This document shows positions 1 through 10,167 of a stretch of 41,649 nucleotides of DNA, piece after piece. This DNA comes from a virus (Duplodnaviria; Heunggongvirae; Uroviricota; Caudoviricetes), in the IMG/VR virus record IMGVR_UViG_2718217885_000012, positions 1 through 41,649 of that record, one strand, 5' to 3'. The position numbers and the translations under genes are program-made. The notes beneath the pieces are model-generated. The model was given only the letters and a program-made list of their open reading frames with translations. It made no database searches and had not been told where the DNA came from. Every line of letters begins with the position of its first letter. The stretch's first letter is position 1.

Positions 1-90
1 TCACTCTGCCAGATGGCGCAATGCCATCTGGTATCACTTAAAGGTATTAAAAACAACTTTTTGTCTTTTTACCTTCCCGTTTCGCTCAAG

Positions 91-105
91 TTAGTATAAA
101 AAAGC
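91..105. repeat. att core (left prophage junction; bacterial arm to the left, phage P arm to the right)
   Basis: Exact 15-bp copy of the sequence at 40306-40320; followed by tgaacg... then GGTATTAGTGACCTGTAACAGAGCATTAGCGCAAGG recalled from the lambda attP P arm. Confidence 0.85.
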
Positions 106-250
106 TGAACGTGAAACATTAAAAATCATTAATCTCAATGCATTACAATATCTTTAGTCTAAAAAATAGACTACATAATGCGACAAAACACAACATATCC
201 AGTCACTATGAATCAACCACTTAGATGGTATTAGTGACCTGTAACAGAGC

Positions 251-292
251 ATTAGCGCAAGGTGATTTTTGTCTTCTTGCGCTAATTTTTTG
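251..292 (+). terminator. sib/tI-like hairpin plus T-run in the att P arm (retroregulation site / intrinsic terminator)
   Basis: Stem ATTAGCGCAAG (251-261) pairs with CTTGCGCTAAT (276-286), followed by TTTTTTG; lies about 150 bp beyond the att core on the strand continuous with int transcription in the circular phage form. Confidence 0.6.
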
Positions 293-385
293 TCAACATA
301 CTGGGTTATCTGAATTTACAACCATGCTCAGTATCTCGATAAGCGCAGAGAAATGATGCAATGGTGGGCGGACTGGCTTGATGAA

Positions 386-405
386 AAGGTGGAGTGATCC
401 ACCTT
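386..405 (-). terminator. Possible intrinsic terminator downstream of the tailspike gene
   Basis: Perfect 8-bp stem AAGGTGGA/TCCACCTT with a 4-nt loop; weakly U-rich tail on the minus strand. Confidence 0.35.
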
Positions 406-526
406 AACCACTATCGAAGAGCACAAAGCATTGCAATTCAGTACAAAGCTTTGTTTGTCTTAGTTTTGTCTCATCAACTATAATATATTAATGGCATATG
501 ATTGATTATTAGAGAGTTACATTAAC

Positions 527-2668
527 TCACTTAAAAGGAGTGTTTATCCTAACAACTCTCAAATAAACATCTCTTATATTTTCACCTCCATTTGGCCTTA
601 AAATTGTTGCTGAAATAACTCCACTTTGTGAAGCAGATACTGTTGCGTTATATACTAATGAACTATTGAATTGTTGAGCGTGTATTTGCCTTGATGTTGT
701 TTCAATTTGCTCTCCGGCTCTCATCATAACTGCATGTTCTGAAAAACACCCGCCAGCACCAGTTGTTGTTGTCGCTGTAACCTCAACTCTATAGAAATAC
801 ATAGCAAGCACACCTGAGTTTACTGAATTATTTGGAACTGGCACTTGTACGGTTATTGAGACTGGGCCGCTATCAACTCCTGTTGTCTGAGCACACCAGC
901 CAATTTCACCATTCTGAGATATTAATGTGAATATGCATCGATCTTTTGTCCCAGCGTTTACCTGATACGTTGTTGTATAGGTGGCGCCATAGAAATGCTC
1001 TACGGTTATGGCAGTACCGAAGTTCTCTCCCCAACCAGTCCATGAAGGCCAGATACTGGCATTGCTTTTAATGGCTACGCCATTATTGATGCACTTCAGA
1101 GACACTTTCCCATTATTACAAGAACTCAAGAGCACAGGGACTCCAGGAATGCTGTTCCTTAGTGTTATCTCAACATCCGGCTGCTCTGCGGTTACCAACA
1201 TTAATGGCTCGACTGTTCTTGGAACCGTATTGAGCGGTATGTTAATCTCCATGTCACGCACTCGCGTCCTTGTACCGCCACATAGAAATGCGCACACACC
1301 ACCTACATTAGCAGGAAGATAAAGTCGAACACCTTCAAAAGACAAATCAAAAACATCCGATTGAGAATTTGTGATGATTTGAATAAGGTGTATAGGGCCG
1401 TTAACATTTTCTCCCGTAAAATTACTCTTACTGGTGATGTTTCTGTAAATACCACCTGTTCCTGATACTTTTGCCGCAAACACTGGTGTGTCCGTCATGG
1501 TGCAAACCAAACCATCAACAACACACCCTGTTGACCCCGTGAGTTGTAAAGTTACATTGCAGCCGCCGTATCTGTTAGATAGAGGTTCTCCGAACTCACC
1601 ACAGTTTGTTATAGAACCACTAGTGTTATTGATATACATCAGGTGTGACGGACCATACGCACCGAAACTTTCGTCATGCCGCAATGTCCCATACACGTAC
1701 TCAATATTGCATCCTGCAAAGTTGTTAATAAGTGCGCATGAATAGTGTGTACAATAGATGTTAGAGAATAGAGAGCCTCTAAAATCACCCTCATAACCAG
1801 AAACAAGGAAGTCGTAGCGATTATCACTGGTTTCACCGACTGCCATCGCATTAATCAATTTGAAACGATACGCGTTTGAATTCATCCCGATAAAGCCACA
1901 GAACGCAGCTTCCCACGGGCGAGTAATTCCATAGCGAGTGGTTGTTGTGCCCCCCAAAGGATAGCCGCCTTTATAGACAGCATTAAATCCCATAATGGTC
2001 ACATCAGGATTCCTGTTCATGAAGACTAGAAATCCAGTTTTCTCATGAGTTATTCTAGCACCGTTAAAATCAATATATGCACCAGCGGGGGGAGTGATGA
2101 CATTTTCCTCATTCATCACCATACGATATGTGGAACCTCTCTTCATGAGGCATCTTCCAGTCATAATAGCATTAGTCACCGCCACTGTATCATCAGCTAC
2201 ACCATCTCCAATTGCTCCATATTGCTCTGGCGTTGCCCAATATGACAAACTATCCGCTACTGTACCGGCCAAGTATCCAATTTTAGTTGCACCATCTTCT
2301 TCAGACAGCTCACTTCGAAATTGATCAGGGTCGTACTTCAGCACATTCGGAAAATAGAACTGCTGCACACCGTACGCATCATAAACAGCCATAGAATGGC
2401 CTTGCACAGTTACGAACTTGGCAATCTGTCCGTTATATACCGGATATCCAGCAGCGTTAATGATGATTGGTTGCGAAACAGGAACGTGAGAACCATCTTC
2501 GTTCTCCACATAAACCTGAATCTGGTTTTCAGGGTTTACCGGGTCAGTGTCAATTTTTCCGATATAAATTTTACCATTGGCATTTGCTTTAAACGAGCGA
2601 GCTAAAGTAAATAACTGACTTGGTTGTGAAACAACAACGTTGTATAATTGTTCTGGCATAATAAACAT
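527..2668 (-). CDS. Tailspike protein (P22 gp9-like N-terminal head-binding domain, divergent receptor-binding body)
   Basis: N-terminal ~120 aa (NVVVSQP...[26 protein letters not shown]...[15 protein letters not shown]...[10 protein letters not shown]) matches the P22 tailspike head-binding domain by recall; rest is Gly/Thr/Asn-rich, consistent with a beta-helix; last gene before the att site. Alternative start at the fourth codon. Confidence 0.85.
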   Translation of the reverse strand: MFIMPEQLYNVVVSQPSQLFTLARSFKANANGKIYIGKIDTDPVNPENQIQVYVENEDGSHVPVSQPIIINAAGYPVYNGQIAKFVTVQGHSMAVYDAYGVQQFYFPNVLKYDPDQFRSELSEEDGATKIGYLAGTVADSLSYWATPEQYGAIGDGVADDTVAVTNAIMTGRCLMKRGSTYRMVMNEENVITPPAGAYIDFNGARITHEKTGFLVFMNRNPDVTIMGFNAVYKGGYPLGGTTTTRYGITRPWEAAFCGFIGMNSNAYRFKLINAMAVGETSDNRYDFLVSGYEGDFRGSLFSNIYCTHYSCALINNFAGCNIEYVYGTLRHDESFGAYGPSHLMYINNTSGSITNCGEFGEPLSNRYGGCNVTLQLTGSTGCVVDGLVCTMTDTPVFAAKVSGTGGIYRNITSKSNFTGENVNGPIHLIQIITNSQSDVFDLSFEGVRLYLPANVGGVCAFLCGGTRTRVRDMEINIPLNTVPRTVEPLMLVTAEQPDVEITLRNSIPGVPVLLSSCNNGKVSLKCINNGVAIKSNASIWPSWTGWGENFGTAITVEHFYGATYTTTYQVNAGTKDRCIFTLISQNGEIGWCAQTTGVDSGPVSITVQVPVPNNSVNSGVLAMYFYRVEVTATTTTGAGGCFSEHAVMMRAGEQIETTSRQIHAQQFNSSLVYNATVSASQSGVISATILRPNGGENIRDVYLRVVRINTPFK

Positions 2669-2681
2669 TCCGGAGAAAATA

Positions 2682-3182
2682 ATGAGTAAGAGACGTCACG
2701 AGGTAGTAACTCGGGAGCGCCTTATGGAGGTTCTCGATTACAATAAAGAAACAGGAATTTTCACTTGGAAAAAGAAATTAAGCGCCAGAGGTGCTGTTGG
2801 GAAAGTTGCTGGCACAATTTCTTATGGATATAACGCAATTAATATTGATGGCGTAAGATATTTTGCACATAGACTTGCCTGGCTGTATGTATATGGCGAA
2901 TGGCCCAAACAAGAGATTGACCACATTGATAGAAACAGAAGAAATAACGCAATCTCAAACCTTAGGGATGTCAGCAGAGTCGTAAATGCATTAAATGTCG
3001 GACCTCGAAATAGCAATGCTGGAATCAAGGGGGTAACTTTCTGTCAAGCCAGAAATCAATGGCAAGCGCAGATAAATGTCTCAGGTAAAAACATAACCCT
3101 TGGGAGATTCAACACCATTGATGAAGCGGCTATAGCTTATAAGGCAGCAAACATGGTTGCTGACCATCTGTTGAGTAGGTAA
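2682..3182 (+). CDS. HNH homing-type endonuclease (HNH plus AP2-like DNA-binding region)
   Basis: Motif region [36 protein letters not shown] typical of phage HNH_3 endonucleases; GGAG RBS 7 nt upstream of the ATG at 2682; sits antisense between ant and the tailspike. Confidence 0.7.
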   Translation: MSKRRHEVVTRERLMEVLDYNKETGIFTWKKKLSARGAVGKVAGTISYGYNAINIDGVRYFAHRLAWLYVYGEWPKQEIDHIDRNRRNNAISNLRDVSRVVNALNVGPRNSNAGIKGVTFCQARNQWQAQINVSGKNITLGRFNTIDEAAIAYKAANMVADHLLSR

Positions 3183-3249
3183 TGTCTGTCATTTAATTTG
3201 CTCCAGATACAAGGAATCGCCGCAGCATAGCTACGGTGAGTTTTGGGCA

Positions 3250-3273
3250 TAAAAAAACCCAGCCGAAGCTGGG
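3250..3273 (-). terminator. Intrinsic terminator downstream of ant
   Basis: Hairpin CCCAGC-CGAA-GCTGGG followed by TTTTTTT on the minus strand, 20 bp after the ant stop. Confidence 0.7.
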
Positions 3274-3292
3274 TCGTTGCGTTGGTTATCTG

Positions 3293-4228
3293 TCAGTAGT
3301 TATGTACTGAAGGAGGTAATTCTTTATTCTTAAGTCTCATCCATGCGGAAAGATTCGTTGGTCCGTCTGGCTCATTGATATCAACATCTCGTGTGTGATT
3401 GATTAAAACGTCTCTCGCCATTCCGATAACATACGAGAACTCATGACCATAGTCGTAGCATCTGCCGGAATAGTTCGATTGAATTTGTTTTAGCGCCGGA
3501 TACAGTTCGCGGAATAATGCCTGTGAACGGTTGGCATAATCCCATAACCATACAAGGCTGTTTGCTTCTTTTGCAGAAAGCTCGTTGGTTTTCCTCTCTT
3601 GTTTGCCAATGAACTCACCTTCAAGCGGAACGCGAGCAGCAAGTGATAGTGCTTCGGTAAACTGCTCCTCACTGATTTCTTTGTACGAACATCCAAAATG
3701 GGATTTCAGTGACGACCACATGGTGATCATCGCCTTCGCCTGTTTTTCTTTTGGCAGAGACTGACCGCGACTCATGACGAGTTGTTTAATGGCTTCCTGC
3801 TGTTCAGTGGTGATTTTACCCGGCAACGCCTTTTTAGCTTTGCGTGGGTTAACTACATGGCCTTTAGTCCAGTAGTCATGCAGCACGCTAAAGCATTCCT
3901 CCTGGTACTGAATCAGTTTATCACGGATGTCAGCACGAACTTTCTCAGGGTTGATGCTGAACAGCCATCCATTTAACTTCTTCAAAGGAAGGCAGAGTAG
4001 CTTACGAAGCTTCCCATCAGCGGCAACCATGTTCATATGAACACAGTTGAATTTGCTAATCTGCTTCATGAGTTTTGTTTGCTGCGTTGACCAGCTCATT
4101 CCAAGGTTTTCAACGATTGGCTTCATCGCAACGTATGCAACTCCGGCAGCCATGGCGGTGATAATTTGCTGACCGTTGAATGGTACGTAAGAGGTGTTCA
4201 CTGCTTCTAAAATTGCTATACTATTCAT
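3293..4228 (-). CDS. ant: Antirepressor Ant (P22 immI)
   Basis: [26 protein letters not shown]...[35 protein letters not shown] matches P22 Ant by recall; the longer ORF from 4294 is probably N-terminally overextended. Confidence 0.85.
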   Translation of the reverse strand: MNSIAILEAVNTSYVPFNGQQIITAMAAGVAYVAMKPIVENLGMSWSTQQTKLMKQISKFNCVHMNMVAADGKLRKLLCLPLKKLNGWLFSINPEKVRADIRDKLIQYQEECFSVLHDYWTKGHVVNPRKAKKALPGKITTEQQEAIKQLVMSRGQSLPKEKQAKAMITMWSSLKSHFGCSYKEISEEQFTEALSLAARVPLEGEFIGKQERKTNELSAKEANSLVWLWDYANRSQALFRELYPALKQIQSNYSGRCYDYGHEFSYVIGMARDVLINHTRDVDINEPDGPTNLSAWMRLKNKELPPSVHNY

Positions 4229-4296
4229 GTTGGTTTTTCTCCACGGATTTACTGACAACCGAAGCCCTGACTGTTCCCGCAGTTGGGGCTTCAACT

Positions 4297-4458
4297 TTAC
4301 GCGCCAATGCGCCCTTCCTTCTTAAAGCTTTCCATTACTCTCTGATAAATCTCAGAGTTAACAGACCGACCATTCTCTTCCGCCACCTTGCGTACCAAAT
4401 CCAATACTTCTTTAGGCCACCGCAAATTGAACTGCGGCATTTTTCTTGCGCCTTGCAT
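4297..4458 (-). CDS. arc: Arc repressor (ribbon-helix-helix)
   Basis: [48 protein letters not shown] is near-identical to P22 Arc by recall; 53 codons from the internal Met. Confidence 0.9.
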   Translation of the reverse strand: MQGARKMPQFNLRWPKEVLDLVRKVAEENGRSVNSEIYQRVMESFKKEGRIGA

Positions 4459-4551
4459 ATTCCACTCCATTCCATTAAATGATAGCACCGTACTACTATT
4501 GAAAGCGTACTACTACCGTTCTAGCATGTCAACAAATAACAGGAGAGCGAC
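4459..4551. promoter_or_regulatory. immI divergent promoter/operator region (Pant / Pmnt)
   Basis: Intergenic region between divergent arc and mnt; contains ATGATAGCACCGTACTACTAT (resembles the P22 arc operator by recall) and a second CGTACTACTA copy 21 bp away. Confidence 0.5.
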
Positions 4552-4791
4552 GTGGCTAGAAACGATCCACAATTTAACGTAAGAATGCCAAGTGAAATCA
4601 AGCAGCAGCTTACTCACATTGCGGCAACAAACAGGCGCTCTATCAATGCTGAAATCATAGCTGCAATACAGCTATGGATTAAGATTAACAGAGAAAAGGT
4701 CATACCATCGACATCTCAAGATCTCACAAAAACAGAGAAGGAAGCAATGGATATTGCAATTAGCGTACTTAAGAAGATTCGAGGCCAATAA
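4552..4791 (+). CDS. mnt: Mnt-like ribbon-helix-helix repressor
   Basis: N-terminus MARNDPQFNVRMPSEIKQQL...NRRSINAEI resembles P22 Mnt/Arc-family RHH proteins; GTG start with AGGAGA RBS; divergent from arc-ant. Confidence 0.75.
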   Translation: MARNDPQFNVRMPSEIKQQLTHIAATNRRSINAEIIAAIQLWIKINREKVIPSTSQDLTKTEKEAMDIAISVLKKIRGQ

Positions 4792-5138
4792 TGAGCAGTA
4801 AGGAGCAATACTTAAAAGTTACTTTTGAGTCTTTTAGTAATTACTTGACTTCATTCAAAAAAACTTATGTATGCCCAATATGCAGCAATACAAACTGGAC
4901 TCTTTTAGCACCGGAGCATCTTAAAAAAGATGATGGTGTTGAAGTTATAGGCCCATCCATACCAGGTAAAAGCTTGCCTAATAATCCTGTTAATCAAGAT
5001 ACTTATAGCAACGATAGTCTTAACATGGTAGCCATGCAATGCACCACTTGCGGTTTCTTCCACTTTTTTAGTTTAAACAAAGTTAGTGAAAATATCTCTT
5101 CTGGAAAATTCGTAAAGGGTGATGGAGATAATGTTTGA
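4791..5138 (+). CDS. Hypothetical protein with two CxxC pairs (zinc-ribbon-like); first gene of the cassette downstream of mnt
   Basis: ATG overlaps the mnt stop (TAATG); CPIC and CTTC motifs; AT-rich coding sequence by eye. Confidence 0.55.
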   Translation: MSSKEQYLKVTFESFSNYLTSFKKTYVCPICSNTNWTLLAPEHLKKDDGVEVIGPSIPGKSLPNNPVNQDTYSNDSLNMVAMQCTTCGFFHFFSLNKVSENISSGKFVKGDGDNV

Positions 5139-5631
5139 CCAACATGTTCACAATAAATCACCTAGTATTTATGGAGATGCTCAAAGCCAACATGAAAACC
5201 TTGACTTTGACAAATCGTTATGGAGTTCAATAGAGAACGCTAAATATTCAGAGTATTACAGACCAACTGGCAGAAATCCGTCAAAGGAACCACAAATATT
5301 TAGCCTACAAGAAGAGCAACACAAAGAAGAAGGTCGTGATACCGTGAAACGTTTAGAGCTATACGGGGTTGCAGTTGCTATCATTGGTTCTATCGTTGCC
5401 GCCACATGGACGATTCGAGGCACTATAGATGATAAAGTTGAATCATCACGACAAGAGCTAACAGGAAACATCCAAACCAGTAAGGCAGAGATAATGGCTA
5501 CTATCCAAAACAACCAATCAGTATTACAGTCAAGGATTGATAACACTGATCAAAAATTAGACTCAACAAACCAATCTCTTTATAAGGTATTGGCTATATT
5601 AGAGTCTCAAAAAGACAAACGTTCTCAATAG
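5131..5631 (+). CDS. Hypothetical single-pass membrane protein with C-terminal coiled-coil-like region
   Basis: Overlaps the upstream stop; GGAG RBS before the ATG at 5131; hydrophobic segment LYGVAVAIIGSIVAATWTI; heptad-like Q/S/L-rich C-terminus. Confidence 0.55.
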   Translation: MFDQHVHNKSPSIYGDAQSQHENLDFDKSLWSSIENAKYSEYYRPTGRNPSKEPQIFSLQEEQHKEEGRDTVKRLELYGVAVAIIGSIVAATWTIRGTIDDKVESSRQELTGNIQTSKAEIMATIQNNQSVLQSRIDNTDQKLDSTNQSLYKVLAILESQKDKRSQ

Positions 5632-5711
5632 TTTCTTGATTTATTACCTATAGCTGCATGATTGATGTCTGTTGAAAATCATGCAGCATTGATAAATCTA
5701 AGGAGATCGGC

Positions 5712-6032
5712 ATGTACATATCGCTCTCTACCATTTTTTTCATCTGCTTAGCTATTTGGCTTTTAAGAATATGGCAGGATTGCTCTGTCAGCCATGCTGC
5801 TGCGGTGAGAAATAAAAACGCCCTCATAAAAGAAGCTGAAAACGTTGTCTTATCAATGGATCACCTTTCATGGACCGAGATGACTACAGGGCAACAAGAG
5901 GTTTATGAGTGTGCGATTGAGCGGTTAAGGCTGCTTAAATCGTACAAAAAGAACCACGCTCCCGACTCATTCCCATTCCTGAAAGAATGGCCGAGATGGT
6001 ATGACCCGAAAAAAGCAACCATCAACCGCTAA
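5712..6032 (+). CDS. Hypothetical protein with N-terminal membrane anchor
   Basis: AAGGAG RBS 6 nt upstream; hydrophobic N-terminus ISLSTIFFICLAIWLL; ends 9 bp before the convergent ejection-protein gene. Confidence 0.55.
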   Translation: MYISLSTIFFICLAIWLLRIWQDCSVSHAAAVRNKNALIKEAENVVLSMDHLSWTEMTTGQQEVYECAIERLRLLKSYKKNHAPDSFPFLKEWPRWYDPKKATINR

Positions 6033-6040
6033 CCAACTTT

Positions 6041-8047
6041 TTACTGCTGGGCTTTCTCACTTGAAGCCTGAATTAGAGGTGTAAGAGTTTCAGATACCCG
6101 TCTGATCGCTCTATCATAAGCAGTACTTCCTTTTGGCGTGTTTGCTAACTTTAGTAATGCGTTCCTCATCGCGCGTGACTCATAGCCCCTGCCAGCCATA
6201 CCGATACCAGCTCCTACTGCCGCAACTTTTGCAAACATTGGATTTGTAACAGACGCAAGAGCTGTTATCAGCGCTGCTGGACCAGCTACCATTTGCCCTG
6301 TTAGTGGGCTTGCGGCAGCAGTAGCTGCCTGTCTAGTGGAATCAAGATATTTCATTATCCCATCAAGCTGTTTCCCATGCTCTCCTCTGAAGAACGTCTC
6401 AGCCTGCTTCCGATTCCTTTTCATTTCATTAATAAACTTCTCAACGCTAAGCTTTCCTGAATCGCTTGTCGCCTTATCCATTGCACGCTGAACAAGTGCT
6501 GCTCTAGCATTTTGACGCCCACTATCATCAAGCAATCGATAAAGTTGCGCCCTTTCCGCTGGGCTTTGGCTGAATACTAGTTTAGTGACATCTTCTGGCG
6601 TTGTTTTACCACTCTGAATAGCTTTTTGGACACGTGTATTGCTCATCATGTCGTTGAACTTTGCCCAAGAACGATCAACACGCGACATGTTTTGCGCTTC
6701 CTTCGCACCTAGTTTTGCGCCAACCGCTTTTTTCATGTCTGTTGTGTATGCGTTATAAACAGACTGCGCAGCTTTCTCCAGCGTATCTCTATCGACCTCG
6801 TCAGGTGCTGCCATAAAGCGCTTACGTAAGTTTGTACGGTTTTCTCTAGCTAATTGCAGGTTATTTGGACCGCTGGTGATGTCATTTCTAAACTGTTGAA
6901 GGACAGAAACAGCTGAGCGGTCTTGCGATACTCCTGGGCGAGTTAACTTGGAAATCTGCTCATCAATTGCTTTCACTGTTCCAGTGATGTCAACAGGAGT
7001 ATCCCCCATCAAACTGATGATCCTGTCGTACCGCTTGCCAGCAGCCTGAATAAATTGCTGCTGACCACGAGTAGCTGATTGGTAAAGTTGTGCGTCAGAT
7101 ATTCCACCAACATTATCGCTAAATGTTCTAACTAAATCTTCCCTGGCCTTTTGCTGTGCATTTCTTATCCCACCTGTTCCGGCTATTGGGATTCGCTCAG
7201 CCATAGCTCGTGCTTGCTTACCAATATTTGTTCCCGGTTCCACAAGATCTGTTGTCATCAGTGGCAAGTTGTTCTGCTTGGCAAAGTCAATCTGAGCTTG
7301 TTTTTCAGGAGCAATCTTACCCATAGCAGAACGAGACACTGCGCTTGCGGTGTTTTCTACACCCTTCAGTACCCCACCAAGACCAGCAGAAATTGCAGTT
7401 TGAACTGGATTAACATTCTCACCGCCAGCGATCTTAGTGGCACCCTGTAAAGCTAAATCAGTAGCGCCTGATTTTAGTGTTGCACCTACAACAGACGCAG
7501 CTCTACCTGCTGGAGTGAATGCAAGAGCATTTGCCAAGAATGACGTTATATCCTGCGGTGACAAACCAGGCTTGTTAAGTGCATATTCCCCTGAAGGAAG
7601 GGTGACTATGGAATTTCCCTTCTCATCCTTCCGGATTTTCCCGCCAATACTTTGCAGTATTTTCTCCTGTGAAGCGTCGGAACCAAATAGCTGCCCCAAT
7701 CCAGCACGCAGCGCATCAGTGCTTAAGCTATTAAGCTCTGGAGCAGACCCAACATTTTGCAGTCTCTCCATTTCTGGTGTCATTCGGCTTTCACCGGTAA
7801 CGGCATCGCGCATTGCAGCACCTAAAACAGCCCCTTGCTCAGCAGAGCGATCTAGTCCTTCCTTCTGCTGAGTGGCAAGCTGTGCATATCCTGATGCAAG
7901 TGAGTTGTCTGCTGGTGATTGCTGAACACCTTGTTGTGTTGGTGCTGACTGACCAGCAAAATACTCATCAATGGCGGTGCCAATATCTTCCGTGCTCGTA
8001 CCATCAGGGAAGGTAAATGTCTTACCGTTTGCAGTTACTTTCATCAT
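6041..8047 (-). CDS. Ejection (internal virion) protein, P22 gp16-like
   Basis: Position and size within the P22-order gene block 14-7-20-16; low-complexity A/G/Q-rich protein; homology not searched. Confidence 0.6.
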   Translation of the reverse strand: MMKVTANGKTFTFPDGTSTEDIGTAIDEYFAGQSAPTQQGVQQSPADNSLASGYAQLATQQKEGLDRSAEQGAVLGAAMRDAVTGESRMTPEMERLQNVGSAPELNSLSTDALRAGLGQLFGSDASQEKILQSIGGKIRKDEKGNSIVTLPSGEYALNKPGLSPQDITSFLANALAFTPAGRAASVVGATLKSGATDLALQGATKIAGGENVNPVQTAISAGLGGVLKGVENTASAVSRSAMGKIAPEKQAQIDFAKQNNLPLMTTDLVEPGTNIGKQARAMAERIPIAGTGGIRNAQQKAREDLVRTFSDNVGGISDAQLYQSATRGQQQFIQAAGKRYDRIISLMGDTPVDITGTVKAIDEQISKLTRPGVSQDRSAVSVLQQFRNDITSGPNNLQLARENRTNLRKRFMAAPDEVDRDTLEKAAQSVYNAYTTDMKKAVGAKLGAKEAQNMSRVDRSWAKFNDMMSNTRVQKAIQSGKTTPEDVTKLVFSQSPAERAQLYRLLDDSGRQNARAALVQRAMDKATSDSGKLSVEKFINEMKRNRKQAETFFRGEHGKQLDGIMKYLDSTRQAATAAASPLTGQMVAGPAALITALASVTNPMFAKVAAVGAGIGMAGRGYESRAMRNALLKLANTPKGSTAYDRAIRRVSETLTPLIQASSEKAQQ

Positions 8048-9459
8048 TCCACCGTAAATTGAATGCCTGATTTTGAGGTATATGATCCAACCTGATTCCG
8101 TGGTTCTCCTGAAGGTGTCGAATCTTGTGCTGGCGCTGCGTCAGTATTCATTGACATATACCGCTTAACGGCACTCCCCAATGATTCACCTTTTTTAACA
8201 TCCAACCCCAATATCTGACCGCCATTACGCGATTGTCCAGGGTTGCCATTCGCGCTCATCCACTCGGCTTTAAACTCATTAAACTGCGCGTTTCGTCGCT
8301 CAAGGTTTGCCATTGCATCAAGCCATCTTGCTACCGTCTCAGGGTTATCCATGTCAGTTGGAGCACCCTGTCGAACGATCTCAACGTCTTTATCCGTTGC
8401 GGGGCCGGGAGGTAGGAATTTAAGAACCTGACTGTTAACAAGGGCATTTTGGCGGATGCGCAAATCACGCAATGTTGTATCGCTTCCGGTAAGTTTTGCG
8501 AACATGTTCTGTGCGTTACCGAACAAACCTGTCGTTGGTTTTTCTGCTCTGAACTGTTGAGCAAGCGCACTCATAGAATTGGCTGAGTTTGATGATGCTG
8601 TAGCATTGTTTACAGCCGTCTCGATGCCTTTTTCCATGTTTACTGACAGCTTAGGTGCTTCGCTAATCAACTGCTGAGCCTTTTTCTGCGCTTGCTGCAT
8701 TTTAAACCCGAACTCTTGCTGATCCAGAGCCAAGCGTTGTGCTGCGATATTGTGCCCAGTCATTGCTGACTGATAGGAAAGGTTTTGCCCTCTCGCCTGA
8801 AGTGCCTCGCCAGCCTGATTACTGCGGATTGTCTCTGCCAGCCTGCCTCGGTCAATTTCACGACCAGCCATCTTATCCTGAACAGCAAACGCCTTTTCTG
8901 GTCCAAGCGCACCGAGAGACATAGTAGTCAGCATGTGTGATAGCTGCTCTGGATTCTGGATACCTGTCTGAATCATCCAGTCAGCATTAGCACCAACGCG
9001 ATTTAACCTGTCCTTGTTGTCAGTAATGAATTTACTGTAGGCTTCCGGTCCCTGAGAAAGAGCGACGTTAGCCCTCATGGCTAAATCGCCCATATCGTTG
9101 CGTTGCTGATCATTAAGACCGGAAAACGCCTGTTGTGCCTGTGCAACAAACGCTGGATTTTCCTGGGCAAACTTAAATAGTCCCGATGGATCACCAGAAG
9201 CCCATGCATCAGCGTGAACCTTATTGAACGCACTAATAGCTTTCTGTTGCTGTTCCTGATTGTAAATATCAGCAACTACAGCCAGACCACGTAACGCGGT
9301 CAGGCCAACGTTATTTGCACCTGAGCGAGCCAGTTCATTGTTTTCGCGGATCAGACCAAGCGTTGCGTTAATGTCGCTTGCCTTTGGCGCATTCTCATTT
9401 TGCGTACCGATGCCAGCCAGAAAACCACCAGAATTAATACCCTGTTGCCACGTAGCCAT
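8044..9459 (-). CDS. Ejection protein, P22 gp20-like
   Basis: 471 aa, same length as P22 gp20 by recall; syntenic position; stop overlaps the downstream start. Confidence 0.6.
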   Translation of the reverse strand: MATWQQGINSGGFLAGIGTQNENAPKASDINATLGLIRENNELARSGANNVGLTALRGLAVVADIYNQEQQQKAISAFNKVHADAWASGDPSGLFKFAQENPAFVAQAQQAFSGLNDQQRNDMGDLAMRANVALSQGPEAYSKFITDNKDRLNRVGANADWMIQTGIQNPEQLSHMLTTMSLGALGPEKAFAVQDKMAGREIDRGRLAETIRSNQAGEALQARGQNLSYQSAMTGHNIAAQRLALDQQEFGFKMQQAQKKAQQLISEAPKLSVNMEKGIETAVNNATASSNSANSMSALAQQFRAEKPTTGLFGNAQNMFAKLTGSDTTLRDLRIRQNALVNSQVLKFLPPGPATDKDVEIVRQGAPTDMDNPETVARWLDAMANLERRNAQFNEFKAEWMSANGNPGQSRNGGQILGLDVKKGESLGSAVKRYMSMNTDAAPAQDSTPSGEPRNQVGSYTSKSGIQFTVE

Positions 9460-9469
9460 TGATTACCCC

Positions 9470-10165
9470 TTAATAAAGCAGTGAACCAAGCAGACCGATA
9501 CCAGCACCGATACCAGCACCCCACGGAGTTGATAAACCAATTAATTTCGCAAGTCCAGCCCCAGCAATAGCACCAGACGCACCTCCGCCAATAGCAGATT
9601 GCATTGCTGATGGTCTGTTGGCATTTGCCGCTGCAAGAGCCGCACTTTGCTGCGAAATCTGACTCATGTTGTTGGCATATGTCTGCCCGGCGTTTGCCTG
9701 ACCTTGCAGTGCGCCAAGACCAATATTTGCCAGATTCTGGTAGTTGTTCATCTGACCAGATAGCCATTGCTGACCAAGCGTTGGTGCGATTGTTGCTAAC
9801 TGATTACCGGTTGCAGTGGAACCCAATCCACCTGTTGCTTCCGCTGCCGCCAGACTCTGATAGCGAGCCTGACCAGCAAGATCTTTGTACTGCTGAGAGT
9901 TGTAATACTGGTTAAGTGCCTGACCTTGCCCTTCCAGAGACGATAAGTTCTCGAGGCTGCCGACATACTTATCAGCCAGAGGAGTAAACGGCTTCAGGTT
10001 GTTCATGATGGTGTTGAACTGCTGATTTTGCAGGTCTGCTGCATACTTCTGAGCTTCTGCGGCATACTTTGCGCTTTTATCAGAACTGCCACCTTTCCCA
10101 CCCTTTTCAGGGCAATAAGGTTCCTCGCCGCGCAGTTTTCTGCCCAGCTTAAATGCATATAACAT
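9470..10165 (-). CDS. Ejection protein, P22 gp7-like
   Basis: 231 aa with Gly/Ala-rich C-terminus; syntenic with P22 gene 7. Confidence 0.6.
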   Translation of the reverse strand: MLYAFKLGRKLRGEEPYCPEKGGKGGSSDKSAKYAAEAQKYAADLQNQQFNTIMNNLKPFTPLADKYVGSLENLSSLEGQGQALNQYYNSQQYKDLAGQARYQSLAAAEATGGLGSTATGNQLATIAPTLGQQWLSGQMNNYQNLANIGLGALQGQANAGQTYANNMSQISQQSAALAAANANRPSAMQSAIGGGASGAIAGAGLAKLIGLSTPWGAGIGAGIGLLGSLLY

Positions 10166-10167
10166 GG

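Noticed and set aside
1008-2605. Several plus-strand ORFs (66-104 aa) inside the tailspike gene
   Set aside because: All lie antisense within a well-supported 713-aa CDS, have no RBS and low-complexity or Cys/His-rich translations typical of frame shadows.
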